The notes under the pieces: model-generated
Told to the model about the DNA's origin: nothing
The model's database searches: none
The model's input: the letters and a program-made list of their open reading frames with translations, nothing else
NCBI RefSeq assembly: GCF_964355755.1
Contig: NC_092677.1
Location: 27,143,175-27,207,174 of the forward strand
Reading direction: 5' to 3'
From: Antedon mediterranea
Lineage: Eukaryota > Animalia > Echinodermata
Length of the DNA stretch: 64,000 bases
Made by a program: the position numbers and the translations under genes
Shown here: positions 27,001-39,000 of the stretch, in pieces
How positions within the stretch are numbered: the stretch's first letter is position 1
How the letters are laid out: each line of letters opens with the position of its first letter

Positions 27001-30000
27001 TTGAGTGAAGTTGTGGCTTGATGGTTATGATGCTTGGCTACCAATCCAAGGGTCCTGGTTCAAGCCCTGTCATATGTCAGGATTTTTTCTCCCACTCCCA
27101 AAGACGTGTAATTAGACTTATGTAGAGCATCTTGCATGTATGTTTGTCTTGTGAACAGGATTGCCACCTTTAAGAAGGATAGTGAATGCATTTGCTTATG
27201 GTTATCCTTGGCAATATATATAAAAACATTTATCTACCTTTTCTTTTTATAAGGGATGATGAACTACATACCATTTACACCACTCTACTTAACACTCACT
27301 TCTGCACTCCTTCAACTTCATCATTGACTTCAAAAGATAAGGTAAGTCTGAAGCCCAAATATGGTAGTGATATGCTCAAATATAATAGTGATATGACATC
27401 ATCATGTCCATATATAGCATAGATAGGATAAGTGAATAATCCAGTATTTTTGAAAAGAAAATATTTTGAAAATGTGATTACTATCACCAACTTGATAATA
27501 AAATGTAAATATTCTGAAAATATTAGTAGCCATTATGATTTGTTTTAGCGACCTTTAAATCTTGTGGACAAAGAAGAAGAGAAGATGAAAGAACTGATGT
27601 CGATGATGGTCAATGTAACTCTAGAAGTCCAGGGTCGCATGAGGTCAATGTTCTTGACCACTGCCGAACGATGCCATTACATGTTTAATGTCCGAGAACT
27701 AACAAGAGTGTTTAAGTAAGTAATTTATATAATTTTAATATATATTATTTTTTTTGTTATGTACTGGAGGTTGAAGTTTGAATGGCCACACCATGATTCT
27801 CATGGTATCTCTAATCTTGACCCTCTTCTCATGATGATGAGAACCATGATGATGATAACAAAGATTTAGATTATGATAATGATATAATCTCTCTCTGTTA
27901 GGAACATATGTCTTTCACTAAGACCTGGCGCCGATCTTGAAACCCTTCTTCTAATCTGGCGCCATGAGTGTGAGTGGGTTTACAGCAAAAGACTAGTGAG
28001 TGCTGTAGATGTTGAACGCTACCAGCAAGTCTTTGTCACGGCAGCTAAGAAGGAATTCACAAGTGAAGAATTTGTAAGTGAAATTCCACAAATGCCTAGT
28101 TAAATTCCACTAATTCATAGTGAAATTCCACAAATACCCTTGTTTTGCTAAATAACTGGCAATAGAATTCAATTTATGCTTACTTAGTGTGTTTTGCTCT
28201 TTAGTTTTAAACTAAATCTTAATGTGTTGTAGTGGTATAACCTTTGCTTAGATTAAACTTTGACTGTACTTTAGTTTAGTGATAGAATATTTTGTTTTTT
28301 CTACTAGTTGATAATAATTGCTTTTAGCAAATTCTCTTTTAAGCTATACTTTTTGTAGTTGTCTATTTATGTGTTATGCTAACATATTGCTTTTAATACA
28401 TTTTACTATGAAAGGAGCAAGAAAAGCAGTTACCAACAGATATCAGAGGCAAAATGGTATGAAATGTTTGTCATTCTAATGATAATATTACATGTTTATA
28501 CTGGCAAATCTCTTATTTAGAACAAGTACAATATCAAGTTTATTTTATAAATACCATGTACATTCAATGGAGACGGTGTGAGGTTATTGAGATTCACAAG
28601 TCGAATGTATAAATGCAGTAAAAAGAAAGTATCCATTTGTATGCAGTGGTGTACATTCATTTTTCTTCCAATTATTTTCTTAGTTAAAGCTTGTTATCGA
28701 CCTGAAACAGCCATTATTCAGCAACCTAGTTGAACAAGACAGTGGTATTGTAACAGCTGGTGGATACAAGGTATCATCAACAACAAGCAGTATGGTAGCA
28801 GACGACGAAAGGACCGACCAGTACAAGCCGTGTTACAATGTAGATCAAGTTCGTTTGCTTACACAAGACGCTGTAGAGGAATACAACAAGGGGCATCCAC
28901 GGATTAAACTTGCTTTATATCGAGTGAGTACAAACATTTCCCTCCGTAATGTTACCCTTTACAAAGAAGTCAAAGAATGATGACATAAGCAATGTCAAAA
29001 TCTCTTTTTAAATGCCATTTTAAGTTTACACCCTAAAAAGAAAATGGAACAGTCTAGATAAGAATTTTGTTGATGAAAACATAACATATACATTTTATTT
29101 GCAGGAGACAATTGAACGTGTATGCCGCTTAGCCCGGACCATTCAGTCCCCTCATGAGGTGGGCCACGCCCTCTTGGTGGTGGTGGGCAATCCAGGAATT
29201 GGTGACCTATTCCCACGCCTGGCAGCTCATCTATGTGGATTTATAATCTTTGAGGTGAATCCTTCACCAGTAGCTTCAACCAAGTCTTACAAACTAAGTC
29301 AGTTCAAGGCTGATCTAGTGACTGCTTACACTCGAGCTGGAGTTAAGGTAATGAAATTGATTTGTATTTTTGTTAAGAGTTAGGGAGACATGCCCTTTAA
29401 TGATAATGATGATAGCTCCATTTTGATGTTTCACTGAAATGAATAAAAGAAAATGTAATACTAAATAGTAGTAACATTTACTTAATTATCTACTTTGCTA
29501 TATGCATTCATTTAAAAGTCACTATACTATAACAATGTTAGAATTACATAGTCTTTTTGTTTTTATTTTTTAATTAGTATTACATAGTAATATTTACTTT
29601 CTTAATGTTAATCTTGGTTTTCACTCTTTTGTACGATTTGGATTTTACAAATTTTAAAATTCTAATTTGTTTTAATACTGTAATTTAATATTAATGTGTA
29701 AATTAAGATTTTCAGTTTTTGGTTAAATCCTTATTAATAATTTAATTAATATCTTTAGTATTAAGTGTCATTGTCATTGTCATTGTCAAGATAAACTCTT
29801 GTTGTTAATTGTTTAATTGCTAAATAGTGTATAATGTCTTACGGCCTTGTCGAAAAACACCATTGAGGTGAACAAGTGTTACCGTGATTAAATAAAGTTT
29901 TTTTTATTATATTATAGTCAGTAACTCACCTTAGTATATGGTTACCTCAATGCATGATAGATAGGTTGATAGCCTACATTACTTATTCCTGTACATTAAA

Positions 30001-33000
30001 TATAAAATGGTATGCTTTAAGGGTGAGAAAGTTTTGTTACTGCTAACAGAGGAGGAACTTCTAGATGAGGATTTTCTTGTGTACATTGGTGAGTTTGTTG
30101 TAACAGGCGCCATCACACATCTATTCACCTCCGAGGAGCAAACATCAATCATCAACTCCATCAGAACAGACGTCACTGCTGCAGGGTTGACTTACACAAG
30201 AGATACTGCATGGGACTTTTTCCTGAAGTGAGAATCTTTTATTTTAAACCCATTTATGTATTCATTTATTTAATTCTTTTTTTGTATTTGTTTATCCTCT
30301 ATTTATTTAATTAATTCCACTTGGATTGACAAGCAAAAGCTTTTTATTTAATCTGTTGTCACCAGCTAATCAGCTAATCAGCTAATCATTAAAATATAAT
30401 AATAATGGTAGTCTAAAATAACTCCTAATAAAATGTTTCTAAGCGCTTTACACACAAAAATGATCCATTAAATATCCTAAGATAACCAACAAAGGAAGAA
30501 AAGCAGAGGAACCATTTACACTGCTCTCTTCTCCAGCACAATCTTAACAAAATATTTCTACATTTATAGGACTGTTCGCAATAATGTCCGCGTTGTTCTG
30601 GTTTCATCAACAAGTGGATCAGACTTTCAGAGACGTTGTCGGGAATATCCAGCTCTTACTGCTAACCTCAACTGCCATTGGTTCCAACACTGGGGCAGGG
30701 AGGACCTTGTTGACCATGCTACATTTCATCTTAAAGGTATCAAACTTTAGTTTAATTTGCTAGTCTTTATATGATAATATATACAAATGTATTAATTAAA
30801 TTAAATCTAGTCTACATTAGCAACATTTTGTTTTGCAAACAAAAGTTTTATAAAGCTTGGCTGTGAAGCTGTATCTTGGTGGTTAACATGCTTGCTTTCC
30901 AATCCTAAGGTCCAGGGTTCAATCCTGACCTTGTACCAGAGTTGTAACTCACGACTCTTTCAACTCCACTCCCTAAGCCTCAAATGAGACTAAGTTTATA
31001 AGCATGATAAATTATTAAATAGTTCCATCCTGTAATTAGTGAGTTACTCACTGTTGGATGCTTATGAAATAAAAGAATAAACAAAACAAAGAGAGTGATT
31101 ATTTAGCAACTTGTTTAGCAAACATGATTTTGTTGTGTGTTATTCTTTTTTAACAATATTGTGGTGTTATTGTACAGAGTTTAAGGTTGTTACCAGCATT
31201 CAACGTGAGAACCTTGCCCATTTGTTGGCATCAATGCATCTAGCCATTAGACAACTTGATGGTAAAGAAACAAACACTGGCCAACACAATCATTTGACCA
31301 ATACAACATTTGAGAAATTCATAGAATGGTAAGAAATTTCTAATAAGGTTTTTCGCAAATAGCTTATGTGATGCATGGTGGGAATGGTTTGGAAGCAAAC
31401 GTCACGACTCGTACGTACTGTGATTTGTTGTTTGTATGTATGCGTCATGACGTTTTCTTCAAAACCCTTTCCATCATGCATTGTCCAATGAGTATCCTTG
31501 CGGATTCAATCTATTTGCGATAAACCTTATATAATAGTATGTATTTTTTTGTTTTTATTTTAGCTTTGTGAGTATGATGTTTGAACGCAAGAGACATATT
31601 GAAACAGAACATGAGACAGTGACGACAGCACTGCAGTACATCAACAGAGAGAACAAGCTGGCTACCAGGCTCAAGAAACAGCTAGAACATGAACTAGTGG
31701 TACTGGAAGAACGAAAAGATGTTAGTATTTAATTTCTTACAAAATGTTAGTTTGAAATATTTTGACTATTTTGGTTTTAAGCCATTAACTTTAATCTTTA
31801 ATACTGCATTGCAAGAGTTCTGCCGGCTAACACCAGCAAAACTGGTTCCAACGAGATGATTTGATTTGAAGAGTAGCCAAAGATAGAAGAAGAAGTCAAC
31901 CCACTGGTCTAAATCTGAATTAAAGATAGTTGAAATTACAGAAAAAAGGACCTCAATAGCTTAACGTAATATTACAACTTGTTATATCTTATTCACAGGG
32001 TACTATTAAACTTTTGAGTCAAATTGGTCAGGACACTGCAATCACTGAACAACAAGTGAAAACAGTGATGAAACAGATGGATAAGATTGACAAACTTAAA
32101 CAGGTCAGTTGTTATTTAAATATTATTGTATATTGAGACACTTACTATAAATATTGCCAGATAAATAAAATGAGAACTAATTCCCCACTTCCTATTGTTC
32201 TTGTTTGGCTAACCGTTCTTAATTTAGAACATCAGGCCGTCATTAACTGAAGTTGACATATGCATTGCCGTTGTGTGAGAAAGACCGGCAACTTATGTAC
32301 TATACATATATGTACTACATTATACTATCTTATTCTTTATGTTCATTTTCTTGTAGGCCTTGCCTCAATACTCTCTAGCTCATGAGAGAGCAGTGTATAA
32401 GACAGTAGCTGTGGTAGCAGACACTAAGAAGATAGTAGAGAACATCGATATCAACAGCTTACAAGAGTTGAGAGCAATGCAGAAGCCAGATGTTGATATA
32501 GAAGATCTCATGGGTTCCATCATTATGATATGTAAGTACTGACTTAGGATAATCACTCACTTGTGCAAGCCCACTTACGTTTAAACACCTGTTCTTGCTT
32601 TTTGTGCATCAAAAGTGTTTTAAATGAATGATCAATCGTCAATATTATTTCAACATTTTACCTAATATATTTTTCCAAAGTAAAAAACCCGTCATCTGAT
32701 TTAACATGGAGCAAAGGAGCCAAACGTCAGATGGCAAACTTAGAGAGATTCCTAGAGGAGCTAGCCAGCTTTGATGATACAGAGCTACCAGAGACAACCC
32801 TAACTCTTGTGGAACCATACCTGAAGAAGGCTTCCTTCCAACCTCAGAATATGCAGAGAAAGACAAGCAGTTCTGCTGCAGCTTCACTCTGTCGCTGGGT
32901 CAGAGGAGTTGTAAGGTGATTACTAAATGCTTATCATTATATTTACAACTTTTAAATAGTATATATCAGCTGCTGCTTTTTACAGATTTTTTCAAGAACT

Positions 33001-36000
33001 TTTCCAACTTTCGTAAGTCCTTGATTGACACCGAAGTGTTTAAGTTGATATTGTGAATAATGTTGCCGAACTTCAACTATTGCTGAGTAATCTCCTTTCT
33101 TCAGATCATGGAAAATACAACTGAAATATCAGCTGTCCTCTTCTTTCACTGAAAATCATTTTTTTGTTTTAGATATCACCGCTTAATGATATCCAGAGTG
33201 AAGCCACTTCATCAGAAAGTGGAAGAAACGACAAAAGAAGTTGAGATTGCCGAACACAAGTTGATGACATTGGAAAACAAACGCAGAGTATGTACATAGT
33301 TACTAGATTATCCCATTATTATATAGGGAATGTTTTCCAATTATAAAGATGGGAATCGAACTTACCCAAAATTAATTTTGGCCAAACATACAGTAGATGG
33401 CTCTTGACTGATGATTTAAGGCAATTAAAACAGACTAAAAAATATACATGATGATGTTTTTACAGGCGTTAGAGGAGAGACTTACTGACCTTGCAAGTTC
33501 TTTTGAAGAAGCTACTGTTGACAAAAATGACCAAGAGACCATGTCCAGGACAATGACCAGGCAACTAGAGACTGCTGACAAGTTTAGGAAAGTAAGTATT
33601 TATGTGTACTATTCTACTCAAACTGATTAGGTATTGCTTTAAGGTGTCCAGGATGAAAACTAATTCTAAACATATATTTATGATAACATTATCATGGAGG
33701 TACTATATCAAGATAGGGCTTGGTTCTCAGAGACACAATGACATAATGCAATATAATGGATTCAACTAATCACATAATATATTTGAACTTGTCATTGGTC
33801 AACTCGATTGCGTTGCGACCTAGTGGGAAGGGAACCAAGCTTTAATTGCTAAGATGCTTTTTTGTATAAAGATCTGTAAGAATCGTTTTTAAACTTTTTC
33901 TAGGCCCTTGCAACCGAGCATGAACACTGTGTTCAGATCTGCCAGTCTCTACCTCAACGAATCATGGCAAGCCCAGGCAGTGTCTCTCTAGCTGCAGCCT
34001 TCGTAACCTACTTAGGCCCGTATGACTTCAACATCCGCCACACGATGTTAACGCTTCACTGGCCAGTGTGCTTAAAAGAACGAGGCGTGCCATTGGTCAT
34101 TGACTCCATTGATCCTATGAAAGGTAACTGGTTACTGCATTTGTTGTTGAGAAATATTCAAGATTATTTGTATCTGTCTTTCCTCTAAATCTCTGTCTAC
34201 ACTATCAAACTATTTTGACAAAAAGTGTGATGTGCCCAAATATGGTAGTGATATGCTTAAATATAGTAGTGATATGACATTATCCATATATGGAAACATC
34301 ACATTTGTTTGTAACATAAAGTTTGATAGTGTAGACAGAGCTTAACAGGCTTGAATTTCAATGAAAACCTAATGGTTTATATGCCAAGAGTGTATGCATG
34401 TCAAGCAAAGGGGTTAAATTTTAAATTTAAAGTTGTTGTTATGTATGTAGGATGGGTTGTTGATTGGGCCATTGACACGAGGTCACGAGCCACCACTGAA
34501 ATGAGTTCAACACCAGACAACAGAATCACTGAAAAGCATGAATTTGAATCTGCAACTGATGATGGCAGGTCAGAGGTCATCAAAGATGATGTGACTCCAC
34601 GGCAACCTGATAATGGCGGTGATCATGAGTTAAAGACAGACACAGGTACTGTTAAAACTGATTGTAAAACATTCTATTTTTAGTGCAATTTGATGATATG
34701 GAAGAGAATTGAATCAAACAAATAAACAAACTATTTAATAAATGTTTATAGTAGTCTGTACAGTATCAGCTGCTCATTTTACAGATTTTTTTGACCTGTT
34801 GAAGGTGATGTCGTGAATAATGTTGCTGAATTTCCGACAGCATAATAAAATTATAATTTTGGTGTCAATCAAGGACTTAACAAAAGTTGTAAAAAGCAGC
34901 AGCAGCATAAACATAAACTCTTCAAAAAATTGCAAAACGTTTGGCATGTTTCCGAAATGTATAATGAAGGTTTATTCACAGATGATGATACTGAAAAGAA
35001 AGATGAAGAGAAGGAGAAGACAGATGATGACAAAGATAACAACAAAGAAGAAGGAGAAGAGGATGAAAAATCAACATTTATTGCTCATGAGGATAAAATG
35101 ATGGAAGCTGAGAGCCAGTTTGCTTACTCTGCCGACACAGTGCCTCAGATATCACCAACAGATTACTCTTATTATATCCATTCACTTGTTAAACTGCTGG
35201 TTGGTGAGAACACCTTACAAGATTGGATAACTAAAGGTATGGTTTTGGTGGTCTTCTGTTTTTAGCATTAAGTTTTATGCAAACTTCTCCCAGCGATATA
35301 GTCTGGCTTAATAGATGACAGAGGAATTTAACATCCAAGGGAAAACTAAAGCTCTGTCTACACTATCGAACTAGTTTGACAAAAAAAGGTGTGATGTGCC
35401 TAAACATAGTAGTGATATGCCTAAATATACAGTAGTAGTGATATGCCCAAATATGGTAGTGATATGCCCAAATATGGTAGTGATATGCCCAAATATGGTA
35501 GTGATATGAAATCATTATGGCCATATATACTGTAGGCACAGCCATTGTTTCGTTACATAAAGTTTAGTGTTGAAAGAGCTTTATAGTGGGTGACAAACCA
35601 AGTGTTGTTATAGAATTCAATTTCCTATTAACAATGTGATGATAGCGATTGGCTTATGAACATTTAACACAATGCTTCCTTTTTTCTTTCTTGTTTTTGG
35701 TATAACATAGTTTGTAAAGCAAAAACTTTTAAATTTTACAGTACTCATTGTGTGTGTGTGTGTTAGCAGGGTCTCTCTATTTTAATTAATTTTTTTTTTT
35801 TCAGGACTCAGTTTACAACAAATTGAAAACGCAGCAATTGAGGAATCATCATGGCAACGACCTCCCTTCCTTGTTGACCCGAACATGACTGGTATCCAAT
35901 GGGTGAGAAGCAAACTGAGAGGTCAAAGGTTATGCACAGTAGATATGCAAACTAGGTAGGTGTTCTTGTTATTACAAAGATTTAGTTAATTAAATATGTT

Positions 36001-39000
36001 TAATAATATTATATATAAAGAAGCATAACAAATTTCTATACATAATTATCTATATAAATAAAAGACTGTTTTTTTTATTGTTGTTCTATTTTTACATATT
36101 ATTTTTTGTTTCTTTTTCTTGTATTAATTGTTACTGGATATACAGATGGTATGTATTTCATTTTCATTTCAACGCAACACAACTAAGTGTATTATTTATC
36201 TGCTTTTAATCCTATAAGGAGCATAACACTCTGTGTGAAGTTGCTTATACTGATTTAGCATTATTATAATTCGTCAAAGTGACGAATTAAATTCTAGTTA
36301 TACTAGTGTTTGGTGGTTTTTGAGAAAGAGAGTGAGTGGATTGCTGAGTGGTTAAGACAGTGGAACCGTAATTTCGTAGCCATAACATCGGCATGGGTTC
36401 AAGGCTCACTCGCTCCATGGTTCTGGTTGTAGAACAAGGCTTGTCGGATAAGGAAACCATAGGTCCAATTTACACATCTAGCTCTGGACACTTTAAAGAA
36501 CCTAGTACACCTTTCGAGATGAGTAGGAGGTTACCCCTGATTAAAAATAAATAATAATAATTATGGTGTAACATGCTAGTGGAAAATGTCTAAAACCTTA
36601 AATTTAAATGACAGAACTTAAACTGGGTGTAGGCTACATGCCAATGACCACCCAGCTCCATGAGACTGTTAAATGTATTTGAAAGTGAGGTTGCTAGTAA
36701 TAGTATTTCATTTTTAAGCATATTTTATTGCTTACACAGGCGCCAACAACAAGTTCGTCTTTATTCCAAAGAAACATTTCAGTTGTAAGATCACATTATT
36801 ACCCAGAATTCAACAGTTTACATGGCTTGCAGTGGTTTCATACACATTTTATAAAATACTTTATTTACTTTGTTTGTTTTTTGTTGATGTCTGTTTGGCT
36901 TGCAGAGGACTAAATTTATGTTTCATTGTGTTTTTAATTTCATCTACAAGAATATCCAGTATTAATAATTATTACTTAACTTAATACCTAATTTATTAAA
37001 TTAGTAATTATTGTACAGTACAGTACAGTACTAATAAGTATACACTTAACTAACGGTCACATAGTTTTCAATTATCTTTATAATTATTGTTCATGCACAA
37101 AATATAACATAAACAATTGTACCATAACAAATGATAATGTACAGTAGATGATGTAAGATGTGTCCACATCACCTTATATTGTACATGCACAAAATATAAC
37201 ATAAACAATTAGTACCATAACAAATTATAATGTACAGTAGATGATGTAAGATGTGTCCACATCACCTTATATTGTACATGCACAAAATATAACATAAACA
37301 ATTAGTACCATAACAAATGATAATGTACAGTAGATGATGTAAGATGTGTCCACATCACCTTATATTGTACATGCACAAAATATAACATAAACAATTGTAC
37401 CATAACAAATGATAATGTACAGTAGATGATGTAAGATGTGTCCACGTCACCTTATATTGTACATGCACAAAATATAACATAAACAATTGTACCATAACAA
37501 ATGATAATGTACAGTAGATGATGTAAGATGTGTCCATGTCACCTTATATTGTACATGCACAAAATATAACATAAACAATTAGTACCATAACAAATGATAA
37601 TGTACAGTAGATGATGTAAGATGTGTCCATGTCACCTTATATTGTTCATGCACAAAATATAACAAGATAATAAACTATATATATAACAATTTGTGATCTA
37701 CAGTGAAACATGTGTGATGGTGTGACTTGCACTCTGTTGTCATAATAAATTAATTAAGTGTATAATTATGTGGATCTTGAGCACACTTACATGTATTCCA
37801 TAATGTATGTACTTTATGATGTATGTAACACACTGTATAAAGTACAATTGTACAAATAATTGTAACTACTAAAAAATATGCCAATAGTGACTATAAAATA
37901 CATTAATCACATTAATATCGATAATTTTAAATTGATAACATTTAAATAAAACATTGAAAATGTAACAGAATTTCATGAACTTTCACCAACCTCAAATATT
38001 TTTTTTCTCAACTTGATTTGCTTTCAATCATGCAGCCGAATGGAAAATAAACTTGCGTAAGTCTATGTCATGTCTTGTACATCTGTGTACAATTTGTGGT
38101 TATTTTTGTTAAGATGAAGTAAAATTAAATTGGCTAAAATGTGTTGTATGTGCTTCTGTTTAATGTGTATTGCTTCACCATATTACAGATTTCTTCAAAT
38201 AAGCCAGACAAAATCAAATCTATATTTAATATTTTGACATGTGTTTATAGGTTTTTCATCCAACATTTTAGATTTGTTTGTTTGTTTACAAAAATTCTTT
38301 TGCATTTACCATTCATAGTTAAAATGTTTTCTGTAATTATTTGTTTGTTTACTCTAAAGGTTTGATCCATCTATCATCGTTCAAATTGAGAAAACTATCT
38401 TGACGGGGATGCCACTCCTATTGATGAACTGTGAAGAGAACTTGGATAGTATGGTAACCCCTCTGATTCACCATGCTAACCATGGAAGTCAAAAAGGACA
38501 ACTTGAAGGTAATTACATTTTTTAAGCAAAGGATTTTTTTTAAAAATTTTATATACTGCTACTGACTGACCTAAAATCTGCTGCAAAATACTGAAAATTG
38601 ATTTCTCTTTTTAAAAACAGAAGCAAGACTAATCAAGTATTCAGGACGACGGTTGCTATGCAGTAACAAATTCAGCTTACACCTGGCAACCGCTAACAGC
38701 CGAGCAAAGTTTGGTCCAAGAGTTGCTTCCACCACTACCATCATCAACTACAACAGCACACCAGAAACTCTGCAATATGAACTGCTATCACGGACATTTG
38801 AACGTGTCATGCCTCACCTGTATACAGAGAGAAAGCGTGTTTTGAGGACAATTCAACAGCATAGAGACACATTGCAGGTGAGAAAGAACATTCAATTCAC
38901 AAGAACATTAATTTTATTCCTTTAACATAATATAAAATAGTAAACAAATAAGTAAGATGTTAAGAATATATTTTAAAATCACTATAAAAATTATGTTTTT

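Larger units (their letters stand above)
20010..31328 (+). other. Dynein AAA1-AAA4 coding region
   Basis: AAA1 Walker A position reads GTN|WNSRI (20144-20152 + 20308-20322). AAA2 GPAGCGKS at 23434-23457. AAA3 GEPGCGKT at 26145-26168 with LVDDLN. AAA4 GHALLVVVGNPGIGDL at about 29162-29209. Confidence 0.88.

Noticed and set aside
36219-36240. Additional microexon after cctataag
   Set aside because: No donor that preserves phase 2-2 and a weak acceptor.
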